A stretch of DNA of 20,000 nucleotides from an uncultured virus (IMG/VR IMGVR_UViG_3300018494_000116). Taxonomy: Duplodnaviria > Heunggongvirae > Uroviricota > Caudoviricetes. Under the pieces are notes generated by a model. It was not told the DNA's origin. It did not search any database and worked only from the letters and a program-made list of their open reading frames with translations. The stretch lies in the IMG/VR virus record IMGVR_UViG_3300018494_000116, positions 58,728 through 78,727 of that record. One strand, 5' to 3'. Of the stretch, positions 8,650 through 16,690 are shown piece by piece. Positions within the stretch are counted from its first letter, which is position 1; every line of letters begins with the position of its first letter. Made by a program: the position numbers and the translations under genes.

Positions 8650-8752
8650 CACTATATAACTATCACAGGCTGTCCGGCGGGAATCGAACCCACATCACCG
8701 TAAGTGTCTTCCAGAATTACCACTTCGGGCAAATCCTGCCTATTATATAATG
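8650..8752 (-). ncRNA. tRNA-like element lacking a full anticodon arm and CCA
   Basis: Canonical T arm GTGGG-TTCGATT-CCCGC, acceptor-like TTGCCCG/CGGACAG, extended by AGGC/GCCT and CATTATATAA/TTATATAGTG. Confidence 0.5.
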
Positions 8753-10875
8753 CCACAACCTCTTCACGCATTGGGTTGCTTCACTGCGGTTATCGCCACC
8801 TATTACACTTTGGGACGCCACCTAACATTCCCTCCCAAATATCATATCACTAGCATATGATAGAACCGCCTTTTGTCTAAGACGCGCTTTTCGTGTTTAT
8901 TTTACAACCCGTGGATTGGTTGGCTCGTCCTGCGAGCGCACCTCTAAAGGCGAAGTAAAACATTTTGCCACACTCGAAGTGTAGCCCCTATTTCTGCGTA
9001 GGGACCGCCGCGACGCCCAGTTAAAGCGTCTATCACGAGTTCAACTCGTGTAAGGTGGGACCAGGGCACGTATGCCAGCCCCTATCACTATCTAAGCATC
9101 CACAACACGTTCTTGCTTCCACCGTAGGCAGTTCACTACCTTCCCACTTATCCCTCAGTCCAATCCGTGCCCGGCAACAGCCGTCGAGGGGACCTACTAC
9201 TTTTCGATAGTTTGTTTAACAATATGTTACGAGTGCCGTCGCACCCATTACAATATTCGGAAACGCCCAGAGGTTCTTCCTTGAGCGAAACCTCAACTCT
9301 TCCCACACTTGAACAACTCAACATTGTTCTGTATTACACGCTCGTTCTCACGATGAATAACACAAGGATGGGTGAGCAATGACCTTTGGCATCCGCCCGT
9401 GAAGAAAGACGGTCAACTCCTCAAATTTCTTGCGACGAGCTATCTACACTCCGTTGTCCTACGTTTCCTAAATCCTCGGCTCCTCTTCGTTGTGCACTTG
9501 AGATATGCGTTTACTTAGCCCATATCTGCGTATCCGATTTGCAATTTTGCCAGCGGTATTTCAGCCTACTTTTACCTTGTACCACTCGCGTGGCCTTGAG
9601 GTTCAACCGCGGTCGTATAGGCACGGCCTTTGGACTCACTCGAAATGGTGCATTGTATTTCAACTGCCTGCTATTTTCGAGGTTTGGTGATAACATTTTT
9701 ATCCCGCTTTTATCCACCTTCTTGCGGTACCCAACTCTACGATATCGGGGTTTTACCGACAATAGCGGCCGGCTCGCTGGATCGTAGATTTTCAATAGCA
9801 CAGTAGAGGTAAATGCTTAACGATGCTGTGGATGCTCTGTCGGGGCGATCTGTTCCACCGACTCCCAAGTTTTTCGCAAACAATCAACACAACGTCATTT
9901 CACCGTCGTCCCGTCCGTCCACTACCTTAATTGTTTGCTATATTTGGCTGGCTGGGTCGTCTCATTTATCCTACCACCTGTATTCCCCGAGTAGGCACCA
10001 AATATTTACGGCGATATTTTCCCTATCCTCGCCTGTGGCCGTTTCAGTCCACGGACATTGTTTGTACAGTTTTCTGTTCTGTAGTATAGGCGTATGCTCC
10101 AGAGGGTTTGCAACCTCATCTCTATTTCTAGCGTTCTCTTTGTCACTACAGAGCTATCTTAATCTTACCTGATACCTATACAATTTTTTTGATTCATTGG
10201 CTGTTTATCACATTCCATTTACCACTGCTTCTGCTTCACCATTCCCTTTTACGTCGAGTCTTAATACTCAGTGTAGGCGGCGCTTCGTGGCACCAAATAT
10301 TTAACTCGTTGGCTGTTCTTCTAACTCCATTTACTACAGCTCTCGGCACAACCCCGCCCCAACAGTTCTCACGATTAACAAACGAATTACAGAACCTGCA
10401 AGCACCCCGATTCACGTAAAATAACTTCTCAGCATAAGCTCCACTACTTTACGGCTAACGGCTTAAGGGATCTTCGTAGCACCAACGTGCAGTTCGATAT
10501 TTCTACCGAATCTTTCCGTAGCTTATATCGTCAAGCGAAACGGCAGGTTGCCAGCCTCTGCATTTGGCATCCCATTATCGTATGGGAGACGACACCTGCC
10601 GCGTTAGACAACACAATCTTATTTGCTAACTCAAATGTGTGTTAGTACCTTTTGGTGCATACTGGTACTATTGGCAACAGTGCAAAAGTTGCAGAGGTTT
10701 TCTGCCTTTTGGTTCGGGTATTCATTATGGACAGGTACATAGACCCCATAGAGTTTTGGGGAACATCCCACTTGGTCTATGATTTATGCTGCGTATACCT
10801 ACTAGTCCGCCAACACTGGGCAAGTTGTGATACAACGGCTCAGACCTCGTAGATTGCCAATCTACCTCGTCAGCC
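8735..10875 (-). ncRNA. Large non-coding structured RNA tract (one giant RNA or an array of small RNAs)
   Basis: About 2.1 kb with no credible ORF, GC-richer than neighbouring genes, many closed stems, lying between tRNA-Gly and tRNA-Pro in one promoter-terminator unit. Confidence 0.65.
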
Positions 10876-10950
10876 TGGAGCAAGTAATGGGAATTGAACC
10901 CACATCTAATCCTTGGCAAGGACTCATAATAACCATTATACTATACCTGC
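10876..10950 (-). tRNA. tRNA-Gly(GCC)
   Basis: Cloverleaf; AC stem AGTCC/GGATT, loop TT-GCC-AA; U73-CCA. Confidence 0.95.
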
Positions 10951-11021
10951 AAATAATAGTTCCCATCTCTCTGTCTATAGTATGCCCATATAGACATCTC
11001 AGGGTCATCTGGATGGGAACT

Positions 11022-11095
11022 TGGAGGGAAGCAGTAGAATTGAACTACTAAGAGCAGAGCCACAATCTGCCGTTTTACCGTTAAACTAGCAACCC
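11022..11095 (-). tRNA. tRNA-His(GTG), atypical
   Basis: AC GCAGA-TT-GTG-GC-TCTGC; two U.U pairs in the acceptor; no G-1/C73. Confidence 0.85.
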
Positions 11096-11195
11096 ATTAA
11101 ACAAAAGAACAAAGATTGAGCGCGCGTTTCCTCTTTTAAGTCTGACTAACATCAGCGCGATAAAAATTCCAGACTTCTTTGTTCTTTCTATAAAT

Positions 11196-11224
11196 ATTAT
11201 AGCATAAATTTTGTTAAAAATCAA
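11196..11224 (-). promoter_or_regulatory. sigma70/sigmaA promoter for the His-Gly-ncRNA-Pro unit
   Basis: TTGATT-17-TATAAT with TG. Confidence 0.8.
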
Positions 11225-11232
11225 ATTTTAAT

Positions 11233-11856
11233 TTAGTCTTTTTCTGCGAAAAGCCAAGAATAATAATTGGCTTTTGTTAACCAAGATATTCCAAAAAAGC
11301 TTAACGCAATAAATTCAAGCACCCAAGTTAAACCATGTATTTGAAAAATCGCGACCGGAATAATTAGCGCAAATGCTACTAACATACCAATACCGCAGAT
11401 GCGAAAAACTAAATTACGCTTTTTCTTTTTATCGGTCATAATTTCGCCACTTTTGGTGAACAAAAATAATGAATTATATGCCAACAATGCAAAAAATCCC
11501 GCAGCTGTTATATTGTGAATTATACCACTTAATATTACAGGCAAATGGAAAGTACCAACAAAAGCCATTGGTACTGGCGTTGTCATGCAAGGAAAAAGAC
11601 AAATACACAATCCCAAAATACCCGCTATAGTGCATATTATATCATCTTGCTTGTCATAACCACGATAACTAAATAATAAAATGCTTGCGGAACCCAAAAT
11701 AATCATAAAAGGCGTAATACAAGTATCAAAATAATAAGTTGCAGAAATTGAGTCTGGAAAACCAAAACCAAAACTTAAAGATAATATAAGTACAATTAGC
11801 GATAATGAAATAGCTAACCATCCAATGATTAAGCGTAAACGCGTAGTGTTTATCAT
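11233..11856 (-). CDS. Multi-pass membrane protein (DUF998/Frag1-like)
   Basis: About 6 hydrophobic segments, SISATYY and HNITA motifs; start moved to MINTT (11856) because the track's 11901 start lies inside a promoter. Confidence 0.75.
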   Translation of the reverse strand: MINTTRLRLIIGWLAISLSLIVLILSLSFGFGFPDSISATYYFDTCITPFMIILGSASILLFSYRGYDKQDDIICTIAGILGLCICLFPCMTTPVPMAFVGTFHLPVILSGIIHNITAAGFFALLAYNSLFLFTKSGEIMTDKKKKRNLVFRICGIGMLVAFALIIPVAIFQIHGLTWVLEFIALSFFGISWLTKANYYSWLFAEKD

Positions 11857-11889
11857 AATATACCGTCCTTTTACTTCTTCTCCGAGTAT

Positions 11890-11918
11890 ATTATAACACA
11901 ACTTGGACTAATTGTCAA
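11890..11918 (-). promoter_or_regulatory. sigma70/sigmaA promoter
   Basis: TTGACA-17-TATAAT with TG, overlapping the upstream gene end. Confidence 0.8.
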
Positions 11919-12672
11919 CTTCCAATACTACGCAATTCATAATTCCGCTGTATGCAACGCATCCGTCAATAGCGAGAATACCTTCACGATCATAGGGTTC
12001 GAAGTTTGCACTCTGTCCCCATTCCGTATATGTTTCGCAATCCTCTTGTGCCCAGCCCCAGCTACAGTTCCAATGTCCACAAACAATGGTTTTTCCGGAT
12101 TCGCGGCATGCTTTATTGCGCCACAATTCCATACCATTCCACCATCTTGCTTCTCTCCATTCGCTATTAGAGGCTTCGCGCCAATTATGCAAATGAGAAA
12201 AACAAGGTATCCAACCATGTACAAACACGCAGTCACCAATTTCCACATAATCTACTATTTCTGGCAACAGTTGCTTATAAAATGGAGTGTGAGTAAAATA
12301 CTCTATTGCACGATATGGATCACGCTTAACTTGTGAGAGTGTCATTCCTGTAAGCTGCAACAGAGTAGAAACAGTACCATTGCTTGCGTGATGCGTCCAC
12401 TCTATATGGTCGCAAATCTGCGGCAAATCTCTTATCATTTCAAGCATTAAATCTTCGTGGTTGCCGCAAATATATATCAAACGATTTTGTTCTTGCATAG
12501 ACACAAGAAAATCTTGTAATTGTTTTGCTTCCTTGCCGCGGTCAAAAGCATCGCCGCAAATGATAAGGTGATGAGAAGGATTGTTTATTTCAAATCCTTG
12601 CTGCTTGAGTGCTTTCATAAGTAAGGAGTAAAAGCCATGAACATCACTTACTACAAAATATTTAGTTGTCAT
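11908..12672 (-). CDS. Calcineurin-like metallophosphoesterase (Ser/Thr phosphatase-like)
   Basis: DVHG, GDAFDRG, GNHE, VHG and GHW motifs; AGGAGG RBS. Confidence 0.92.
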   Translation of the reverse strand: MTTKYFVVSDVHGFYSLLMKALKQQGFEINNPSHHLIICGDAFDRGKEAKQLQDFLVSMQEQNRLIYICGNHEDLMLEMIRDLPQICDHIEWTHHASNGTVSTLLQLTGMTLSQVKRDPYRAIEYFTHTPFYKQLLPEIVDYVEIGDCVFVHGWIPCFSHLHNWREASNSEWREARWWNGMELWRNKACRESGKTIVCGHWNCSWGWAQEDCETYTEWGQSANFEPYDREGILAIDGCVAYSGIMNCVVLEVDN

Positions 12673-12698
12673 AGTTTACCTCCTGTTATATTGACATA

Positions 12699-12774
12699 TG
12701 GTGCAGGTAGTGGGATTCGAACCCTACATTACCTCGATTAAAAGTCGAGTGCATTACCAGTCTGCTACACCTGC
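12699..12774 (-). tRNA. tRNA-Lys(TTT)
   Basis: AC CTCGA-CT-TTT-AA-TCGAG; A73-CCA. Confidence 0.93.
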
Positions 12775-12782
12775 AAATTAAT

Positions 12783-12859
12783 TGGTGGGACCCCTGGGAT
12801 TTGAACCCAGATAAGCTTGGTTATGAGCCAAGTGCACGAACCATTTGTACTAAAGTCCC
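12783..12859 (-). tRNA. tRNA with CAT anticodon, probably Ile2 (lysidine)
   Basis: AC CTTGG-CT-CAT-AA-CCAAG; paired G1-C72; Ile2 is inferred because initiator-like and elongator-like CAT tRNAs occur elsewhere in the window. Confidence 0.85.
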
Positions 12860-12922
12860 ATATTTTCTGGTTATTGTTTTATTATCAACTACTTATCGGG
12901 TCCTCTTACCCTAGCCAACTTA

Positions 12923-13672
12923 TTAAGTGCTTAAAAACGTACGATTATATAAATCTTTTATTTCTTTTGAATGCGTGGGTAAACCATATGCTTTACACCA
13001 TTTGCGTATTGCATTATCTGTTAAATTATATTTACGCCCCACAGCAGCGAAAGAAGAGGTCGCTACTTCTTCTAACAACTGTTCCGCACTCGGTCTTTCA
13101 ACTGTACGAATAGACTTGGCATAACATTTGGAACACATTCCAGTAACACCATCTTTGCTAATTGGTGTATTGCATACAGTGCAAAATCTTTGATTTCTCT
13201 TATGTTGTCTAAGTGGATACTGCACTCCATCTTGTTTCCATAACTTTCCTGCATTAAAATCACCAACAAAGCCCACAGAACAACCATTTTTATTAGCAAT
13301 GTCTTGATATGTCATATCAGTATTTTGCAAATCATTTGTAATGCTTGCTAATATATCTGCATTAAACTTACAGAAATGTTTTTCAGAACCACCTGGTCCA
13401 CAATTATAGCCGCTATTGTAACTATCATAAAAAGCAATCCAATAAATTTCTCGATCATTTAATTGCTCAACATCACACTCTTCAAGGATTTCATAAGTAA
13501 AATTTTCTATACCATACTTACGAAAAGCTTGATGTATTACGCTATTGTATTCTTCTGATGTTGGTGAACAATAACGAACTTTATGATCTTTGTGTCTGCG
13601 CACTAAGTCAACAGCTTGTCCTATATAACAGCTACCGTTTATTAAATTGGTGTATTTATAAATTCCTGTCAT
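12923..13672 (-). CDS. GIY-YIG homing endonuclease with C-terminal Zn-ribbon and HTH
   Basis: GIYKYTN...YIGQA, REIYWI, GYN; CTVC..CSKC; start set at MTGIY (track uses 13684). Confidence 0.9.
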   Translation of the reverse strand: MTGIYKYTNLINGSCYIGQAVDLVRRHKDHKVRYCSPTSEEYNSVIHQAFRKYGIENFTYEILEECDVEQLNDREIYWIAFYDSYNSGYNCGPGGSEKHFCKFNADILASITNDLQNTDMTYQDIANKNGCSVGFVGDFNAGKLWKQDGVQYPLRQHKRNQRFCTVCNTPISKDGVTGMCSKCYAKSIRTVERPSAEQLLEEVATSSFAAVGRKYNLTDNAIRKWCKAYGLPTHSKEIKDLYNRTFLST

Positions 13673-13692
13673 ATTGTCCCTCATATCATTTT

Positions 13693-13768
13693 TGGTGCCT
13701 GCGGAAGCGATCGAATCTTCCTCTCTGGTGCTTCAAACCAGCGCTCTAACCATCTAAGCTACACAGGC
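13693..13768 (-). tRNA. tRNA-Phe(GAA)
   Basis: AC CTGGT-TT-GAA-GC-ACCAG; A53.G61 mismatch in the T stem. Confidence 0.92.
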
Positions 13769-13776
13769 ATATAATT

Positions 13777-13864
13777 TGGTGGGAGAGATGGGTGCCGACC
13801 CCATTGTACTCGATACGAGTGCCGGTTTTACAGACCAGTGCAGTTGCCGATTTGCTACTCTCCC
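13777..13864 (-). tRNA. tRNA-Tyr(GTA)
   Basis: AC CTGGT-CT-GTA-AA-ACCGG; long variable arm; T-loop GTCGGCA. Confidence 0.92.
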
Positions 13865-13879
13865 ATATTGCGTGGCGGA

Positions 13880-14104
13880 CTAATCCACAATAATAAAGTC
13901 CTCAATTAAGTGATAAATGTTTTCTTCACATTCACACCATAGGTCATCCCATTCCATAGTATAAATGGCGCCCAGTAAACTTTTTCCGCTTACACATAGG
14001 GCGCCACTTGTTAGGAATACAGGTACAGAAACAGAACTAACACGATTTACAAAGTTTGCAATTTCTGTTTGAGTATCTAGGCGCACTTTTGCTCTAAATT
14101 TCAT
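13880..14104 (-). CDS. HPr-like (PTS phosphocarrier fold) protein
   Basis: 74 aa from MKFRAK; FV...VSGKSLLG matches the HPr Ser46 region; no His15 equivalent. Confidence 0.7.
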   Translation of the reverse strand: MKFRAKVRLDTQTEIANFVNRVSSVSVPVFLTSGALCVSGKSLLGAIYTMEWDDLWCECEENIYHLIEDFIIVD

Positions 14105-14137
14105 TCCGTAACCTTTCATTTTCTCCCTACTTTTTTC

Positions 14138-14217
14138 TGGTTTTTCTTTGCTACCAGTAAACACAAAATACGCATTTCTGCGGCGTTGGTTTTTCTTTGC
14201 TACCAACAAACAAAAAA
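14138..14217. repeat. Direct repeat, 19-bp exact core, 49-bp period
   Basis: TGGTTTTTCTTTGCTACCA at 14138-14156 and 14187-14205, with similar A-rich extensions. Confidence 0.9.
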
Positions 14218-14856
14218 TTATTTCCAAATAAATTTATAAGCAGTTTTTCTTTTGCCAGAAAGACAACGACCAATATTACATACAATAGAAGATATATTTG
14301 CAGTAATATTATACTCATCTTTTAAATAACGAGCTGCCTCGCTTAAAGACATAAAAGTATTGATATAATCATTATTTAATGAATATTGATGTACTACTTT
14401 ACCTGTAGTCATCGGCGTGACTAAAGAAGAGGGAATCATATCTATGTTCCGTTGCCGTAGTATATAATGCACAGTAGTTTTGTTAATATTCATTTGCCTA
14501 GCTACTTCGTTTTGGTTCTTATATATTTCATATAAAGCGCAAACTTTATCATAATCAATATACGGCTTTCCGTCCCCACCCAATGTAGCATTATAACCAT
14601 TTTTAAAAGATTGATAATATTCAATCCAATATCGTTCTCTTTCTTCTACAATTGTGTCGTCACATTCTTCGACGATACTAATTGCAAAATTATCAAATCC
14701 ATACTTATTCATTGCTCTGTATAACGGTTGATGACTTTTTTCTGGTTTTTGATAATCTTTTCGATGTTCTCTCCAACGAACTTCTATGGTTCTTAGTGTT
14801 TTACCGATATAACATTTTTGATTAATTTGATTGGTAATTTTATAAATGTATGCCAT
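14218..14856 (-). CDS. GIY-YIG homing endonuclease with HTH and NUMOD1-like C-terminus
   Basis: YIYKITN...YIGKT, ERERYWI, GYNATLGGDG; C-terminal FMSLSEAAR...KRKTAYKFIWK. Confidence 0.92.
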   Translation of the reverse strand: MAYIYKITNQINQKCYIGKTLRTIEVRWREHRKDYQKPEKSHQPLYRAMNKYGFDNFAISIVEECDDTIVEERERYWIEYYQSFKNGYNATLGGDGKPYIDYDKVCALYEIYKNQNEVARQMNINKTTVHYILRQRNIDMIPSSLVTPMTTGKVVHQYSLNNDYINTFMSLSEAARYLKDEYNITANISSIVCNIGRCLSGKRKTAYKFIWK

Positions 14857-14882
14857 ACTTAAACAACTCCATTATTATATTT

Positions 14883-14971
14883 TGGCGGTGAACCAGGGAT
14901 TCGAACCCTGAATGGCTTTCACACCAACGGCAGTTTTCAAGACTGCTGCCTTACCATTAGGCTAATTCACC
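14883..14971 (-). tRNA. tRNA-Ser(TGA)
   Basis: AC GCAGT-CT-TGA-AA-ACTGC; long variable arm; G73. Confidence 0.95.
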
Positions 14972-15133
14972 ATACTTAGTATAGGAAGTACCACAGTCTT
15001 CTCTGTATCCTTTACGGGGAAGCATTAGACCTGCAGGAATTATCCCATCTTGCCCCGACCTATACTGGTCTGCTTTTGTTTACCCTATGTTTCTTTGGGT
15101 AAGCAGTTCACGGGTAACAAACGAAACTCCCGC

Positions 15134-15208
15134 TGGCGGGAGATAAGGGAATTGAACCCCTGTAGTGCGGTTAACAGCCGCATGCAACAACCACTTTGCG
15201 AATCTCCC
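15134..15208 (-). tRNA. tRNA-Asn(GTT)
   Basis: AC TGCGG-CT-GTT-AA-CCGCA; G73-CCA. Confidence 0.93.
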
Positions 15209-15302
15209 ACAAGTAGTGTTTTTGGTAGGTCACACTACAAACCCTCTTGTTCCGTTTATTTATACACGAGTTCGGAGCCAGTATGGCGGATTGTTCGTGT
15301 TT

Positions 15303-15379
15303 TGGTGGAGAATATGGGCGACGATCCCATCACCTTCCGCTTGCAGGGCGGATGCTCTCCCAACATGAGCTAATTCCCC
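15303..15379 (-). tRNA. tRNA-Ala(TGC)
   Basis: G3.U70 present; AC TCCGC-CC-TGC-AA-GCGGA (C33); T-loop ATCGTCG. Confidence 0.92.
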
Positions 15380-15382
15380 AAA

Positions 15383-15456
15383 TGGCAGGAGGTGAGAATT
15401 CTGACATCCCATTGGTGGTTTTGGAGACCACTAGCCTTCCTTTGACTGACCCTCCT
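15383..15456 (-). tRNA. tRNA-Trp(CCA)
   Basis: AC GTGGT-CT-CCA-AA-ACCAC; G73; T-loop GTCAGAA. Confidence 0.85.
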
Positions 15457-15457
15457 A

Positions 15458-15533
15458 TGGTATCTGTTATAGGACTCGGACCTATGACCTCCGATTTGTA
15501 AGAACGGCGCTCTCCCAGCTGAGCTAAACAGAT
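15458..15533 (-). tRNA. tRNA-Val(TAC)
   Basis: Anticodon loop CT-TAC-AA; acceptor ATCTGTT/AACAGAT. Confidence 0.93.
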
Positions 15534-15534
15534 A

Positions 15535-16266
15535 TATGTAATAGTTGTGGTGCCACCCTTAAGACTCTACAGAGCCTCGACTCAACTATTAAAAGCCGCC
15601 GCAATCTATTGTTTCGTCGACTGCCACCGCACGAGGATGCAAACATATAAAATGAAAGCCTGCGTGATTTACCAAGCCCAATTTTAAACCAATTCCTCTC
15701 TTGCTTGGCTCAAGTAGGATGGCGAATAAGACTTTTGGCATCGTCCTTATTCTAACGACTGTACAAGTTGACTGGCTAGGTCTTTACCGCGGCGAGGCTC
15801 TTCTAACGCCTCTGTGCGTATCTGGGACTTGAACTCCATAGCAATTTCATTACACTAAATTGCCCAAAAGCGATGATTTCAATTTTCGACTCAAATCACC
15901 AACAACGCCACCTTTCGCCGCCAAGCCAAGCGTGGAATGTTCTTGAGTTGCGGTTGGTCAGCTAACCTTACGGGGACGCGAGCTCCCGAGGAAGTCAATT
16001 TATAGGACAAACCTTCCCAACTAAAACCCCGTTTGTTATCGCAGTACGGTAACACGTCCGTTCGCCGCTAAGCGGGTGGAAACCAAACCCAAACGATATT
16101 TAATTCACAGTTACTTTGAACCACGGGTGAGCGATCGTTCAATCTCGTACCCACAAGTCACTCAATTCCATATCGTGAAAAGAGAAGCCGCACCCTTTCG
16201 GCGAGGTGATAGCCAACTGATTCGGTCAGTCAAACCAACATAGTATAGCGGCCCTATGTCAGGGTC
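15535..16266 (-). ncRNA. About 730-nt structured non-coding tract between tRNA-Asp and tRNA-Val
   Basis: No ORF in the track on either strand; nested stems, a pseudoknot and a T-loop-like hairpin. Confidence 0.6.
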
Positions 16267-16341
16267 TGGCGATCATGAGGCATTCCGACAGCCCGACCTC
16301 CTCGGTGACAGCGAGGTGCTCTACCCCTGAGCTACATGACC
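16267..16341 (-). tRNA. tRNA-Asp(GTC)
   Basis: AC CCTCG-CT-GTC-AC-CGAGG; G73; T-loop GTCGGAA. Confidence 0.92.
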
Positions 16342-16550
16342 AGAAAAGGATGCGACTTATACGGAGTCGCCAACCGCCAACTATCGTATGAACACGGTAT
16401 AAGTTTCAAGCCGACATACTGGGCTAGCACTGTAATCCACAGTGCTGTGGGGACAGTTCGCGTTTCATATTAAGGGCTGTTAATCTACTCTGCCAATATA
16501 ACCTTGCCCGCAAGAGAAACAAAGTTTTTCCTTTGCTTTCTTACAATAAT

Positions 16551-16579
16551 ATTATATCATGAATTGCGCTAAAAATCAA
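16551..16579 (-). promoter_or_regulatory. sigma70/sigmaA promoter
   Basis: TTGATT-17-TATAAT with TG. Confidence 0.8.
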
Positions 16580-16604
16580 ATTTTTGTCACGGCGCATTTT
16601 GCGT

Positions 16605-16690
16605 TGGAGGTCGAGGTGAGATTCGAACTCACGCCAATTAAGGTACGCGGTGTTGCAGACCGGAGTCTTAAGCCACTTGACTACTCGACC
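16605..16690 (-). tRNA. tRNA-Cys(GCA) with long variable region
   Basis: Loop CT-GCA-AC; U73; 14-nt variable region. Confidence 0.9.

Noticed and set aside
10653..10723. Possible hidden tRNA ending in GCACCA
   Set aside because: Two acceptor mismatches, a 5-nt central loop and no T-loop.
10837..10875. CTGACGA after tRNA-Gly suggesting a hammerhead ribozyme
   Set aside because: The stem is followed by GAGG rather than GAAA, and no third stem or NUH site is present.
15606..15665. HDV-like/theta ribozyme look-alike (GCA-TCCTCG-TGC...GACGAAACA)
   Set aside because: P3/L3 and a possible P2 are present, but there is no clean 6-7 bp P1 followed by a P1.1 G, and it does not abut a tRNA 3' end.
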